Below, piece after piece: positions 18,617-32,201 of a stretch of 41,249 bases of DNA. A program made the position numbers and the translations under genes. Position 1 is the stretch's first letter. Each line of letters starts with the position of its first letter. The stretch is from NCBI GenBank assembly GCA_944388565.1, contig CALXJG010000006.1, positions 1 to 41,249 on the forward strand, in the 5' to 3' direction. The notes under the pieces are model-generated. The model was not told where the DNA came from. It searched no databases and saw nothing but the letters and a program-made list of their open reading frames with translations. The stretch is from an uncultured Clostridia bacterium (GTDB taxonomy: Bacteria; Bacillota; Clostridia; TANB77; CAG-465).

Positions 18617-20509
18617 TTATTGTTTATTCTGACTCAAAAATATCAATAAAACCGAAATATCAGCCGGAGAAACACCAGAAATTCTTGACGCTTGACCTAC
18701 TGATAAAGGCTTTTGTTTATTTAATTTCTGCCTTGCTTCTAAACTAAGTCCCTTTATTTGTTCATAATCAATTTCTTCACTTAGTTTTTTATTTTCAAGC
18801 TTTTTAAATTCATCAATCTGCTCTAATTGCATTTTAATATATCCTTCATATTTAATCTCTATTTGTGCCTCTTCGTATATTGAATCTAATAGTTTAGGTC
18901 TATCAATATCTATACTAGTTAAATTTTCATAATTTAACTCACTTCTTTTTAATAATTCAGACAATTTAACTCCTGTAGTAATCTTAGAACTTCCAAGTGA
19001 TTCAAGTAATTTATTAACTTCATCAGTAGGCTTAACTACAGTTGTTTTTAACCTTTCAATTTCTTTTTCTATCTTAACTTTTTTATCTAAGAATTTATTA
19101 TATCTTTCGTCACTTATTAAACCTATATCATGTCCTAATTCAGTTAAACGTAAATCAGCATTATCTTGTCTTAACATTAGTCTGTATTCTGATCTTGATG
19201 TCATCATTCTATACGGTTCATTTGTACCTTTAGTAACTAAATCATCAATTAAAACACCAATATATGCTTCAGATCTATCTAAAATAATTGGTTCTTTATT
19301 ATCTATTTTTCTACTAGCATTAATACCAGCCATCAAACCTTGAGCTGCTGCTTCCTCGTAACCAGAACTCCCATTAACTTGCCCAGCAAAAAATAATCCA
19401 TCTATTCCTTTATATTCTAGGCTTAAAGCTAGATTAGTAGAATCAATGCAATCATATTCAATAGCGTAAGCTGGTCTCATCATTTTCGAATTTTCTAAAC
19501 CTGGAACACTTCTATACATCTGTATTTGTATTTCCTCTGGCATAGATGATGACATACCTTGTATGTACATTTCTGAAGTTTTTTCACCCAGAGGTTCAAT
19601 AAATAACTGATGTCTTGGTTTATCACTGAAACGTACTACTTTATCTTCTATTGAAGGACAATATCTAGGTCCAATACCATGTATTTTTCCACTATATATA
19701 GGTGATCTATGTAAATTATTATTTATAATTTCATGAGTTTTTGAAGTAGTATATGTAAGATAACAAGATACTTGTTTTTTGTTTTTTATTTCTTCATTTT
19801 CTTCGTTTTCAAAAGAAAATGGTATTATTTTTTCATCACCTTTTTGTTCTTCTGTTTTGGATAAATCCATTGTATTTACATTTATTCTTGCTGGAGTTCC
19901 AGTCTTAAATCTTCTAAGCTCAATACCTATATCTAATAAACTCTGTGATAAATCATTTGCTGGGAATACTCCATCTGGTCCACTTTCATATGAGACTTCA
20001 CCAATAATAACTTTTCCTTTTAAATATGTACCTGTAGCTACAATTACAGCTTTAGCATGAAAGGTCGCACCTATTTTTGTTTTTACTCCTATTACTTTGC
20101 CATTTTCAACTAATATTTTCACAATTTCTGCTTGATAAACATCAAGATTATTTTGATTTTCCATAGTTTTTTTCATTTCAATATGATACATTTTTCTATC
20201 AGATTGAACTCTTAAAGAATGAACTGCAGGACCTTTTGAGATGTTAAGCATTTTTGATTGGATAAATGTTTTATCAGCATTTTTTGCCATTTCTCCACCT
20301 AGTGCATCAATTTCTCTTACAAGATGCCCTTTTGAAGTTCCACCAATACTAGGATTACAAGGCATATTTGCAAGAGTATCAAGATTAATAACAAAAGCAG
20401 CTGTCTTTTTTCCAAGTCTTGCACTAGCTAAGGCAGCCTCACAACCAGCATGTCCAGCTCCAATTACTATTACATCATAATCTCCTAAACAATAATCTTT
20501 ATTTTCCAT
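18617..20509 (-). CDS. mnmG: tRNA U34 modification enzyme MnmG/GidA
   Basis: [37 protein letters not shown]. Start at MENK with AGGTG RBS. Confidence 0.98.
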   Translation of the reverse strand: MENKDYCLGDYDVIVIGAGHAGCEAALASARLGKKTAAFVINLDTLANMPCNPSIGGTSKGHLVREIDALGGEMAKNADKTFIQSKMLNISKGPAVHSLRVQSDRKMYHIEMKKTMENQNNLDVYQAEIVKILVENGKVIGVKTKIGATFHAKAVIVATGTYLKGKVIIGEVSYESGPDGVFPANDLSQSLLDIGIELRRFKTGTPARINVNTMDLSKTEEQKGDEKIIPFSFENEENEEIKNKKQVSCYLTYTTSKTHEIINNNLHRSPIYSGKIHGIGPRYCPSIEDKVVRFSDKPRHQLFIEPLGEKTSEMYIQGMSSSMPEEIQIQMYRSVPGLENSKMMRPAYAIEYDCIDSTNLALSLEYKGIDGLFFAGQVNGSSGYEEAAAQGLMAGINASRKIDNKEPIILDRSEAYIGVLIDDLVTKGTNEPYRMMTSRSEYRLMLRQDNADLRLTELGHDIGLISDERYNKFLDKKVKIEKEIERLKTTVVKPTDEVNKLLESLGSSKITTGVKLSELLKRSELNYENLTSIDIDRPKLLDSIYEEAQIEIKYEGYIKMQLEQIDEFKKLENKKLSEEIDYEQIKGLSLEARQKLNKQKPLSVGQASRISGVSPADISVLLIFLSQNKQ

Positions 20510-20517
20510 ATGTTCAC

Positions 20518-21888
20518 CTACTTTCCTAAACAAAATTTTTCAAATATTTTATTTACAACATCTATAGATACATCGGCACCAATTATTTCACCTAAAGATT
20601 TAGTCGCATTTTTCACGTGAATAGATATTATGTCAATCGGTTCAGAAAGTTCTATAGCATTCTTTGCTTGCTCTAATAATTCGACAGATTTCTTAAGTAA
20701 ATCTTTATGTCTAATATTTGTTATTATTAATTCATGTTCAAAATCTAAATCATTCTTATTGAAAATTTTTAATATAGTCTTCTTTAATTCTGATATACCC
20801 TCATTATTTATTATAGACATTGGTATAACATGGTCAATATATTCTAATTTGCTCAGAAAAGTGTCAAAAATCGATTTTTCTACTTTATCCATCTTATTTA
20901 TCACTACAACCAATTTTATTCCTTTATTTTGGATTTTAGAAAGCACATCAAAATCTTTTTCATCCATTCCCTCTTCAGCATTAAAAAGATATATTACAAG
21001 ATCAACTTCTTCTAATTTTTTTAAAGTTTTTTCCACACCTATTTTTTCTACTATATCTTCTGTTTCTCTTATACCTGCTGTATCAGAAATATTTAAAACA
21101 ACATCACCAATATTTATAGTTTCCTCAACTATATCTCTTGTTGTACCTGGAATATCAGTTACAATAGCTTTATCATAATCAGCAAGTTTATTAAGAAGTG
21201 AAGATTTACCAACATTTGGTTTTCCAAGTATAGCAACATTAATACCTTCTTTTAAAATTCTTCCTTGCTCATATGTAGAAAGTATGTTATTTATCTCTTC
21301 AATCTTTTTATTAAGTAATACTTTTACATTTTCTGGATCAACTTCATCATAATCATATTCTGGGTAATCAACACTTACTTCTATATGTGCTAATAACTCA
21401 ATTAACTCTTCTCTTAACTCTTTTATCTTGTTTGACAAATTACCTTCTAATTGTTTTGATGCCACTCTACTTTCAGTCTTAGTTTTAGCATTTATAAGGT
21501 TTATAACAGCTTCTGATTGAGCTAAATCCATTTTGCCATTAATAAAAGCTCTTTTAGAAAATTCTCCAGGAGTTGCAAGTCTTGCACCATTTTCTAAAAC
21601 TAATTCTAAAATTTCACGTGTTATTTCATTTCCACCATGACAATTAATTTCACAAATATCTTCTCCTGTATATGATTTTGGAGCTTTAAAATATGAAACT
21701 AATACAGTGTCTAGAATATCATCATCCTTATATATTTTACCATATACTATTTTATTTGGTTCTAATTTAGATTTAGTTTTAAAAATTCTACTAATTATAT
21801 CTAAGCTATCTTTTCCACTAATTCTAATTATGCTTATCCCACTATTCGAAAGTGCGGTTGCAATAGCAGCTATAGTATCTGTTGACAT
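20518..21888 (-). CDS. mnmE: tRNA modification GTPase MnmE/TrmE
   Basis: [27 protein letters not shown]-terminal FCLGK. Start at MSTDT with GGAGG RBS. Confidence 0.98.
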   Translation of the reverse strand: MSTDTIAAIATALSNSGISIIRISGKDSLDIISRIFKTKSKLEPNKIVYGKIYKDDDILDTVLVSYFKAPKSYTGEDICEINCHGGNEITREILELVLENGARLATPGEFSKRAFINGKMDLAQSEAVINLINAKTKTESRVASKQLEGNLSNKIKELREELIELLAHIEVSVDYPEYDYDEVDPENVKVLLNKKIEEINNILSTYEQGRILKEGINVAILGKPNVGKSSLLNKLADYDKAIVTDIPGTTRDIVEETINIGDVVLNISDTAGIRETEDIVEKIGVEKTLKKLEEVDLVIYLFNAEEGMDEKDFDVLSKIQNKGIKLVVVINKMDKVEKSIFDTFLSKLEYIDHVIPMSIINNEGISELKKTILKIFNKNDLDFEHELIITNIRHKDLLKKSVELLEQAKNAIELSEPIDIISIHVKNATKSLGEIIGADVSIDVVNKIFEKFCLGK

Positions 21889-21945
21889 AACAAATCCTCC
21901 TTTTCTTTTTAAAAGCCAGCATAAAATGCTGACTTTCACTATTTA

Positions 21946-22602
21946 TTAATTATATTTTTTCTTAATTACTACTCTTCTTCTTGGCTCTTCTCCTATACTT
22001 TCAGTTTCAACATCATCTCTAGAAGCAAGCTCAGTATGAATTATAAGTCTTTCATAAGCAGACATTGGTTCAAGTCTAATTGGTTTTCTAAACTTAATAA
22101 CGTTATTTGCCATTTTATCTGCAAGTTTTCTTAATTTTTCTTCTTTTTGTTTTTTGTAATCATTTATTTCTACAAAAACTTTAGCATATTCTTCATCTTC
22201 TCTTTGTAACATAGAATTAATTAAAGATTGAAAACTTTCTATTGTCTTTCCTTTATAACCTATTAAATGACCAACTTTATTACCATTAAGTTTTATAAGT
22301 ACTTGATTTTCTTTTTTATCAACAGTATATTCAATGTCACTTTCACCAGTAATTCTAAATATATTTGATAATATTTCTTTTACCTTTGTAGCTGTTTTTT
22401 CAAACTGCTCATCACTAATTTTTTTATCTACAGTTAATCTTACTTTTGCCATCTTTGCTGATAAAATACCAAGTACACCACCAGATGAAGGTTCTTCTAA
22501 AATTTCAATTTTTACATCATCTCTAGAAACTTTTAAATCTTCTAAACCTTTTCTAATAGCTTCTTCTGTTGTTTTTCCTATTTGTTCTGTAATTTTTTTC
22601 AT
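21946..22602 (-). CDS. jag: Jag/EloR/KhpB RNA-binding protein (Jag_N, KH, R3H)
   Basis: GKTTEEAI, LIGYKGKT, ERLIIH, SIGEEPRRRVVI. Confidence 0.95.
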   Translation of the reverse strand: MKKITEQIGKTTEEAIRKGLEDLKVSRDDVKIEILEEPSSGGVLGILSAKMAKVRLTVDKKISDEQFEKTATKVKEILSNIFRITGESDIEYTVDKKENQVLIKLNGNKVGHLIGYKGKTIESFQSLINSMLQREDEEYAKVFVEINDYKKQKEEKLRKLADKMANNVIKFRKPIRLEPMSAYERLIIHTELASRDDVETESIGEEPRRRVVIKKKYN

Positions 22603-23438
22603 TTTTTTATTCCTCCTTCATTTAGAGCTAATTTTTCTTTATCTTTCTTTATAATCCAATTAGTTAGATATTGTTGGAATATTTGTAATATACTACCAAA
22701 TAACCAATAAATACCTAAAGCAAGAGGCATTGAATAAGAAATTGATGCAGATAACAATGGCATCATAATATTCATTGACTTTTGCATTTGTTTTTGTTCA
22801 TCTGTCATATTTGAATTTTTCATCATAAGCCTATTTGATAAAACAGAAAATACTATTGTAAGTATTGGAATTGCAAGAGATAATGGACTTGCTTTTTTTG
22901 CTTCATCCTTGCTAAAAACATTAGCAGGAATATCACCTAAATTAAATCCTTTGAATACTTGCATATTTAGAAGATTCTTTTCTTTAGCAATAGGAATTTC
23001 ATATTCTTTCATTTCCTTATCAGATACATCTTCTTTTTGTAAGTATTCTTGTGTATATGCTTTTATATCTTCTTGTGGTGTTCTTACAATATATGTTAAT
23101 GGTTGCTTAACAATCATAAACATTGCAAGTATAAGTGGTATTTGTATAAGTAATGGTAAACATCCACCAAGAGGATTTATTTTATTTTCACTATATAACT
23201 TTGTTAGCTCCTCTGCTTGTTTTTGTTTATCATTTTTATATTTTTCTCTAATCTTTTGGTCTAAAGGTCCTATTCTATTCATTTTTTCAGTGGATTTTAT
23301 TTGAATCCAATATAATGGGAATAATATTACTTTAGTAAGTATTGTAAATAATATTATAGATACAAAATAATTATTTCCAACTAAACTATATATAAAGCGG
23401 ATAATCATCCCTAAAAAACTAGCTATAGCTCCTATCAT
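22599..23438 (-). CDS. yidC: Membrane protein insertase YidC/SpoIIIJ
   Basis: NPLGGCLPLLIQIP, LGIYW; synteny. Confidence 0.95.
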   Translation of the reverse strand: MIGAIASFLGMIIRFIYSLVGNNYFVSIILFTILTKVILFPLYWIQIKSTEKMNRIGPLDQKIREKYKNDKQKQAEELTKLYSENKINPLGGCLPLLIQIPLILAMFMIVKQPLTYIVRTPQEDIKAYTQEYLQKEDVSDKEMKEYEIPIAKEKNLLNMQVFKGFNLGDIPANVFSKDEAKKASPLSLAIPILTIVFSVLSNRLMMKNSNMTDEQKQMQKSMNIMMPLLSASISYSMPLALGIYWLFGSILQIFQQYLTNWIIKKDKEKLALNEGGIKK

Positions 23439-23451
23439 TTATTTTCTCCTT

Positions 23452-23700
23452 TTATTTTAATTTATCAATTCCGCCTTTTGAAAACGGATTACATTTTAAT
23501 ATCCTTATAAAACCAAGCATGTTACCTTTAATTATACCATACTTGTCAACTGCCTGTTTTGTGTATTCTGAACAAGTTGGATAATATATACATCTATGTC
23601 CAAGTGATGGTGATATAAATTTTTGATAAAACTTTATACATAATATTTCAATGTTCCTTGGTATCTTATATATAAATATTAATATTTCTTTAATTTTCAT
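23452..23700 (-). CDS. yidD: Membrane protein insertion efficiency factor
   Basis: YQKFISP, CIYYPTCSEY, RILKCNPF. Confidence 0.95.
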   Translation of the reverse strand: MKIKEILIFIYKIPRNIEILCIKFYQKFISPSLGHRCIYYPTCSEYTKQAVDKYGIIKGNMLGFIRILKCNPFSKGGIDKLK

Positions 23701-24040
23701 ATAAATTAAGCTCCTTAAAACTATTTATAATTTCATTATGTATGACATTAAAATCTAAGTTCTTAATAGTTGTAGTTTTTTTATATATTATAAGTATATT
23801 ATAACCTTTTTTTAACTTATCTTCTTCTAACTTATATGCTTCTCTTCCCCATCTTTTTAACTTGTTTCTTTGTACACTATTACCATTTTTCTTAGAAACA
23901 CAAACTGCAAAAAAATTTATGACCCTATTCTTTTTTATGTTACATACATGAACTGTAATATTCTTATTTATAACATATCTTCCCTTTTTTAATATATACT
24001 TAAAAGTTCTCTTTTTTTTAATAATTAAAGTAAATTTCAT
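23690..24040 (-). CDS. rnpA: RNase P protein component
   Basis: VSKKNGNSVQRNKLKR RNR motif; synteny. Confidence 0.93.
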   Translation of the reverse strand: MKFTLIIKKKRTFKYILKKGRYVINKNITVHVCNIKKNRVINFFAVCVSKKNGNSVQRNKLKRWGREAYKLEEDKLKKGYNILIIYKKTTTIKNLDFNVIHNEIINSFKELNLYEN

Positions 24041-24061
24041 ACTTTACTCCTCATTTATTAG

Positions 24062-24095
24062 AAAAAGTGAGTATGAAAAACATACCCACTTTTTT
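24062..24095 (-). terminator. Hairpin/terminator between rpmH and rnpA
   Basis: AAAAAGTGAGTATG / CATACCCACTTTTT inverted repeat. Confidence 0.6.
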
Positions 24096-24102
24096 AAGTA
24101 GA

Positions 24103-24237
24103 CTAAGCACTTAATACTTTTCTTCCTTTTGCTCTTCTGTTCTTTAAAACAATTCTTCCAGCACTAGTTTTCATTCTTTTCATAAATCCATGAACTCTTT
24201 GTCTATGTAATTTTTTTGGTTGATAAGTTCTTTTCAT
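24103..24237 (-). CDS. rpmH: 50S ribosomal protein L34
   Basis: Hand translation [44 protein letters not shown]; AGGAGG RBS. Confidence 0.98.
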   Translation of the reverse strand: MKRTYQPKKLHRQRVHGFMKRMKTSAGRIVLKNRRAKGRKVLSA

Positions 24238-24559
24238 TGTTACACCTCCTAAATGTAAAACATATTTTAAATTTTAATTATCTAATATAAAAAATTATTA
24301 TGTTATTAAAAATACACATATATCTTTTCAATCAAGTGAATTTATTATATAACATTTTTTTTTATTTGTCAATTTTTTTTATAAAAAAATAAAAAAAGTT
24401 GCTATAATTAATATAACAACTATATTTTTTCTTACAAAATTATAAAATCTAAAAAAAATAATCGAATTTTTGTAGCAACATTTAATTTTATTGTAAATTA
24501 TGTGTTCATTTTGTGTTTATATTATGATAATCTATAAAAAATTGTAATAATTTTGAAAG

Positions 24560-24792
24560 TTATCCACAGGTATGTTGAAAATTTATACTGCTCTTAAAAG
24601 ATATAAATTTTTTTATCAAAAAGTGTTAAAAGTATTGTATTTTTCTACATTTCATGATATATTAATGCTGTAAAAAATTGTATTAATTTTCACATGTTTC
24701 ACATCAATCCACAACAATTATGTAAAATTATTAATTAAATTATCTTAAATTGTCGAAAAGTTATCAACAGTTGTGGATAACTCTGTGGAAAA
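24560..24792. promoter_or_regulatory. DnaA box cluster upstream of dnaA (oriC part 1)
   Basis: TTATCCACA 24560-68, TTATCAACA 24761-69, TGTGGATAA 24772-80, TGTGGAAAA 24784-92; Spo0A-box-like TGTCGAA at 24751. Confidence 0.9.
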
Positions 24793-24827
24793 CTTAAAAA
24801 AACATGTGTTTTTAGAAAGGTGGTTTT

Positions 24828-26237
24828 ATGGAAAAAAATTTTACTGAAATTTGGTCTGAAGCATTGGAATTACTAAAAAACGAGATGTCACAAGTAGCTT
24901 ACAAAACTTATGTTGAAGTAATATCTCCAAGACTTGTTGATGAAAACACAATTTGTTTCATTTTGCCTTCTAGTTATCATATAGATATTTGTAAAAAGAG
25001 ATTTCTAGATTTAATTGAAAATACACTTACAATTTTAACAAATAAATCTTATGATATTTTATTCGAATCAAAAGAAATTATTCCAGAAACAAATAATGAA
25101 ATAAGAGAGACAAGCATATCAAATTTCCAAACTCAAAAAACCACAAAAGAAGAAAGTGTAGAGGAGAAGCATGAGAATAATGTTATTCCTACAGAACAAA
25201 AAACAAAAGATATTCAAGGTTTAAATCCAAAATACACATTTGAAAACTTTATTATAGGATCAAATAATAGGTTTGCAAATGCAGCAGCTGTAGCTGTATC
25301 AGAAAATCCAGGAAAAAAATATAATCCTTTATTTATTTATGGGGGAGTAGGACTTGGAAAAACTCATTTAATGCAGGCTATAGGAAATGCAATGTGTAGT
25401 GCTGATCCAAATACAAAAATTATATATTGTACAGGAGAAGTATTTGCAAATGAATTAGTATCAGCAATTATGTCTGATAAAAACGAATCTTTTAGAAAAA
25501 AATATAGAAATATTGACTTATTATTAATCGACGATATTCAGTTTTTAGCTGGAAAAGAGAAGTGCCAAGAGGAATTTTTCCACACTTTCAACACTTTATG
25601 GGAAAGTGGTAAACAAATAGTATTAACATCTGAAAAACCACCAAAAGAAATTCCTTTACTAGAAGATAGATTAAAAACTAGATTTGAAATGGGACTTTCT
25701 GTTGATATTCAAACTCCAGATTACGAAACACGTCTTGCAATACTTAGAAAAAAGGCAGAAAAGGAAAGATATGTAATTGACGATGAAATACTTGTTAAAA
25801 TTGCTACAAGAGTTAAATCTAATATAAGAGAATTAGAAGGTGTATTTAATAAATTAGTAGCATATACATCATTTACAAATAATCCATTAACAGATGCTGT
25901 AGTAGAAAATACAATAGAATCAATATTGGTAAAAAATACAAAAGTAATTACTAGTAAACTAATTATGCAAGTAGTATGTAAATTTTTTAATATAAAAGTA
26001 CAAGATATGACTAGTACAAAACGTTCAAATAGTGTAGCTTTTCCAAGACAAATAGCTATGTATTTATGTAGAGAATTAGCAAATATGTCATTTCCTAATA
26101 TAGGTAAAGATTTTGGGGGTAGGGATCATTCAACTGTATTACATGCATACTCAAAAATAACAAGTGAGTATAATAGTAATCCTGAGACTAAAGATTTAAT
26201 AGAAGAAATTAAAAAATCCTTATCTATAGAGGATTAG
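24828..26237 (+). CDS. dnaA: Chromosomal replication initiator DnaA
   Basis: NPLFIYGGVGLGKTHL, LLIDDIQF, RELEG, GGRDHSTV. Confidence 0.99.
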   Translation: MEKNFTEIWSEALELLKNEMSQVAYKTYVEVISPRLVDENTICFILPSSYHIDICKKRFLDLIENTLTILTNKSYDILFESKEIIPETNNEIRETSISNFQTQKTTKEESVEEKHENNVIPTEQKTKDIQGLNPKYTFENFIIGSNNRFANAAAVAVSENPGKKYNPLFIYGGVGLGKTHLMQAIGNAMCSADPNTKIIYCTGEVFANELVSAIMSDKNESFRKKYRNIDLLLIDDIQFLAGKEKCQEEFFHTFNTLWESGKQIVLTSEKPPKEIPLLEDRLKTRFEMGLSVDIQTPDYETRLAILRKKAEKERYVIDDEILVKIATRVKSNIRELEGVFNKLVAYTSFTNNPLTDAVVENTIESILVKNTKVITSKLIMQVVCKFFNIKVQDMTSTKRSNSVAFPRQIAMYLCRELANMSFPNIGKDFGGRDHSTVLHAYSKITSEYNSNPETKDLIEEIKKSLSIED

Positions 26238-26698
26238 AAGGTAATATTACACAAATATTACAAAAACATAACACAAATATTACATATAAAAAGTTATCCA
26301 CAATAAAATGTGGACAACTATGTTTATAAAATGTGGATAACTAAAAAAGAAAAATTTTATCCACACAGAACATATTTTCTGTGGAAAAAATAAACATGTT
26401 ATCCACAAGTTTATCAACACCTTTAAATACAATAAAATAGATTATTTGACAATGTTTTCCACTATTTCCACAATACCTACTACTACTACTACTACTAAAT
26501 TTATATATAATATAATATTAATAATTATGTTTGTAAAATCGCAGATTATAAACAAACATTCTGTGTAAATTGTGGAAAATTCTATATATAAAAAAAGAAA
26601 AATATTAAAATATTTTAAAAATATAAAAAAATAATTTACAATAATCAACATTAAATTGTTTATAATGTTAATAACTTATTAAAAAAGGAGAAAATAAA
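26238..26698. other. oriC (dnaA-dnaN intergenic): DnaA boxes, DnaA-trios and AT-rich unwinding region
   Basis: Boxes at 26294, 26309, 26332, 26357, 26380, 26399, 26411; (CTA)7 at 26477-26497 followed by an AT-only tract. Gene orientation diverges around this locus. Confidence 0.93.
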
Positions 26699-27811
26699 AT
26701 GAATATAAAATGTAATTTAAAAGATTTAATAAACGGATTAAATATTGTAGCTAAAGCAGCTAATAAAACTACAATGCCTATATTAGATGGTGTATTAATA
26801 GAAGCTTTTCAAGGAACAGTTAAATTAACAACATATGATTTAGATATAGGATCAGAGCATACATTTAGTTGTGAAGTATTATCTGAAGGAAGTACAGTTG
26901 TAGATATAAAGATGTTAAATGAAATAGTAAGAAAGATAGAAGATGAAACTATTGAAATAGAAGTAAATGAAACAGTATTTATATTAAAATCAGTAAACGG
27001 AATTTTTAAATTAGCAGTTATGAATCCAGATGAATATCCTAAATTACCAATATTTAATATAGAATCATCTGTAACATTAGAACAAAAAATATTAAAAGAT
27101 ATGATAAAAAGAACTTTATTTTCTGTAAGTAATGATGAAAATAGACCAATATATAATGGAGCTTTACTTAAAGTAGAAGATAATATTTTAACTCTAGTTG
27201 CTATAGATGGTTTTAGATTATCATTAAGAAAATATTTAAGTGAAAAAAATATTAATAATTTTAAAGCAATAATTCCTGGTAAAGTATTATCTGAATTATT
27301 TAAAATATTAAGTGAAGAAGAAAATCAAAGTGTAAAAATAGGTATAAATAAAAATCAAGCTTTATTTGAAATTGGACAAAGTATAATTGTTAGTAGAATA
27401 ATTGAAGGTGAATTTTTAAATTATAATAATATAATTCCAGAAAATTATGAAACAAGAATAAGAATTAAAACAAAAAGTCTTTTAGATTCTTTTGAAAGAG
27501 TTGCTTTATTTGCAAAAGAAAATAAAGAAAAAGATAAAAAATCACCAGTTAAAATGAATATTGAAATTGATGGTGTTATATTAAGTTGTGTAAGTGAAAA
27601 TGGAGACGCAAAAGAAATGATTTCGGCGGTTGTAGAAGGTAAAGATATAGAAATTGGATTTAATCCAAGATATGTTATTGAGGCTTTAAAATCAATTGAT
27701 GATCAAGAAGTATATGTTGAATTTACTTCAAATATTTCTCCAGTTTTAATTAAGCCAGTAGCAAATAATGAATTTATATATGTTGTTTTACCAATAAAAT
27801 TAAAACAATAA
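26699..27811 (+). CDS. dnaN: DNA polymerase III beta clamp
   Basis: PILDG, AIDGFRL, SRIIEGEF, GFNPRY; synteny. Confidence 0.98.
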   Translation: MNIKCNLKDLINGLNIVAKAANKTTMPILDGVLIEAFQGTVKLTTYDLDIGSEHTFSCEVLSEGSTVVDIKMLNEIVRKIEDETIEIEVNETVFILKSVNGIFKLAVMNPDEYPKLPIFNIESSVTLEQKILKDMIKRTLFSVSNDENRPIYNGALLKVEDNILTLVAIDGFRLSLRKYLSEKNINNFKAIIPGKVLSELFKILSEEENQSVKIGINKNQALFEIGQSIIVSRIIEGEFLNYNNIIPENYETRIRIKTKSLLDSFERVALFAKENKEKDKKSPVKMNIEIDGVILSCVSENGDAKEMISAVVEGKDIEIGFNPRYVIEALKSIDDQEVYVEFTSNISPVLIKPVANNEFIYVVLPIKLKQ

Positions 27812-27842
27812 TTTTAAATTTATTTATAATTAAAAATAATAA

Positions 27843-27879
27843 AAAAAATGTTGATATTTAAAAATATATCAGCATTTTT
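27843..27879 (+). terminator. Terminator after dnaN
   Basis: AAAAAATGTTGATAT / ATATCAGCATTTTTT. Confidence 0.65.
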
Positions 27880-27991
27880 ATTTTGTATTTTTATAAAAAA
27901 AATGGGTATTAATTTTAATATTTTAATCTTTTTATAATATTTGATTTTAAAAAAATATTTTGGTATAATACAATTTAAATGGGGTATAAAA

Positions 27992-29068
27992 ATGTATATA
28001 AAAAATATAGAATTAGAAAATTTTAGAAATTACAATAAACAAAAAATAGATTTAATTAATGGTATTAATTTATTTGTTGGGGATAATGCTCAAGGAAAAA
28101 CTAATATAATAGAATCAGTTTATTTATCTGCAATAGGAAAATCATACAGGACTATAAAAGATGTTGAAGTAATTAATTTTGAAAAAGATTATTGTAGAAT
28201 TATTTTAAATTATAATAAATTGGATATAAATAAAAAAATAGAATTATTTATTAATAATTTAAATAAAAAAATAATAAAACAAGATGAAGTAAAAATAGGA
28301 AAGCTCTCTGAACATGTAGGAGAGATATTAATAGTAATTTTTTCACCAGATAGTTTAGATATAGTAAAAGGGTCACCTGCAAAAAGAAGAAGTTTTTTAG
28401 ATATGATTTGTTCACAAATTTCAAAATCATATTATATTAATTTACAAGAATATATGAAATGTCTAAAAATAAAAAATTCACTATTAAAAAATGGAAATAT
28501 AGATAAAGAATATATTTTTGTATTACATGAAAAAATGAGTGAATATATTTTTAATATTGTAAATTATAGAAAAATAATAATAGATAAACTATTAGAAAAA
28601 TCAAAAGTAATTCAAAATAATTTAACTAAAAATACTGAAGATATAAATTTAATATATATTTCTGATTTTATAAATTTAGAAAAAAATGAAATTAAAAAAA
28701 TTTTAGATAATTATTTAGAAATAGAAGTAATAAGAAAAATCTCTTTAAAAGGAATTCAAAGAGATGATATTGGAATATTTGTTAATGATAAAGAAGTTTC
28801 AAAATATGGTTCGCAAGGACAAAATAGGACAGCACTATTAACTTTAAAACTAGCAAATTTTGAATTATTAAGAGAAGAAAATAACGAAAATCCAATATTA
28901 TTACTTGATGATATAATGTCTGAATTAGATTCGAATAGAATTAGATTTTTACTTGATTATATAAAAGATTATCAAAGTATAATTACCACAACTGACGCTT
29001 CTTTTGCAAAAAATGCTGAAAATACAATAATATATAAAGTAAAAAATGGTGAAATTACGCAATTTTAA
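27992..29068 (+). CDS. recF: DNA replication/repair protein RecF
   Basis: NFRNY, GDNAQGKTN, GSQGQ, LLDDIMSELD. Start moved to MYIK. Confidence 0.97.
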   Translation: MYIKNIELENFRNYNKQKIDLINGINLFVGDNAQGKTNIIESVYLSAIGKSYRTIKDVEVINFEKDYCRIILNYNKLDINKKIELFINNLNKKIIKQDEVKIGKLSEHVGEILIVIFSPDSLDIVKGSPAKRRSFLDMICSQISKSYYINLQEYMKCLKIKNSLLKNGNIDKEYIFVLHEKMSEYIFNIVNYRKIIIDKLLEKSKVIQNNLTKNTEDINLIYISDFINLEKNEIKKILDNYLEIEVIRKISLKGIQRDDIGIFVNDKEVSKYGSQGQNRTALLTLKLANFELLREENNENPILLLDDIMSELDSNRIRFLLDYIKDYQSIITTTDASFAKNAENTIIYKVKNGEITQF

Positions 29069-29166
29069 TATATTTTTAATGCTTTTTGAAATATAAATGA
29101 AATTTAATTTTTGAAAAAAGCAAAATTATACTTGAAATTTAATATGAATTTATGATATAAATATAG

Positions 29167-31119
<1,953 letters not shown>

Positions 31120-31120
31120 T

Positions 31121-31161
31121 AAAAAATACTGATTTTGCCTATGCAATTTCAGTATTTTTTT
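31121..31161 (+). terminator. Terminator after gyrB
   Basis: AAAAAATACTGA...TCAGTATTTTTT. Confidence 0.75.
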
Positions 31162-31234
31162 ATGAATATATTATATATATTGACATTTATTTTAAGTTTA
31201 TTATATAATAAATTTATATATAATAGGTGATATA

Positions 31235-31988
31235 ATGGACTATGGATTGATTTTTCTTATTTTACTAATCTTTATATTAATATCAATATTAGAAAGAAAG
31301 AGTAAAAATAGAAATAAAAATGGTTTTGATGAATCTAATTATGATAATATAAATATAACTCTTACAGATGATGAAGATGATTTTAAGATAAAAAAATAGT
31401 ACTAGGAATTTAGAATATGATAAAACTAAAAATAATTCTTTATATAAAATTGAAAGTGATATAGAAAGAAAAATTAAGGAAAATGATCCGTATTTTAATG
31501 TACAAGAATTAGTTGATTGGGTTGAAGATATTTTTAAAGAGATATATTATCAGATTGATAACGGAAATATAGAAAAATTATCTGCTATATTTGAAGATGA
31601 TTATTATAATAGAATAAAAGATAATATGAATATAAGAAATAAAATAGGTATTATTAATGAAATAGATAATGTAAATGTTGAGTTTGTAAAAGTAACAGAT
31701 TATGCTATTTCTGATGACAAAAAATATGAATATATCACAGTTGCTTTAACAACAATTTTATCAAATCAAAAACATGAAAAATATTGGAGTATAATATACA
31801 ATATTTTTATGAAAAGAAGCTTAACATATAAAGAAGGAAATAATGAGATTAGTATAGAAAATTTTAAATGTCCAAATTGTGGAGCAAAAATGAAAATAAA
31901 TAATAATATTAGTTCATGTGAATATTGTGGACAACAGTATATTGTTTCTTTTGGAGATTGGAAAATATATAATATTACAAAAGAATAA
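31235..31988 (+). pseudogene. Membrane-anchored Tim44-like domain protein with C-terminal double CxxC, frameshifted in an A7 run (31390-31396)
   Basis: ATG 31235 with AGGTG RBS gives MDYGLIFLILL...KIKK-stop. The +1 frame continues NSTRNLEY...DPYFNVQELVDWVEDIF... into ORF 31626-31988 (CPNCGA...CEYCG...DW). Confidence 0.7.
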
Positions 31989-32050
31989 TATTTGATTTTA
32001 TGATAATTTTTGTATATAATATATAAAGTTAAAAGGAATGAGGGATTTTT

Positions 32051-32179
32051 ATGTTAGAAGATTTATTTAAAAAAGTAGGAGAAATAACAAAAAAGATTTT
32101 TAATACAGCTAAAGATTTTCCAGATACAGTTGAAGTAGAAGCTAAAACTAAAGAAAAAAATATAAATGAACGTAATTAG
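32051..32179 (+). CDS. 42-aa hypothetical protein (MLEDLFKKVGEITKKIFNTAKDF...)
   Basis: Hand translation; GAGGG RBS; amphipathic N-terminal helix. Confidence 0.55.
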   Translation: MLEDLFKKVGEITKKIFNTAKDFPDTVEVEAKTKEKNINERN

Positions 32180-32201
32180 TAAATAAAAGAGAGGGAGATA
32201 T

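Noticed and set aside
20609-20624. parS-like TTTCACGTGAA in mnmE (also a half site near 24695)
   Set aside because: Several mismatches to TGTTTCACGTGAAACA in the outer arms; not supportable.
26442-26651. 69-aa minus-strand ORF with poly-Val
   Set aside because: Lies inside oriC; the Val run is just the DnaA-trio repeat.
31397-31405. TAG readthrough or stop-codon reassignment at the Tim44-like break
   Set aside because: The same frame hits more stops at once (TAG, TGA), and TAG terminates core genes such as dnaA, rpmH and ftsA normally.
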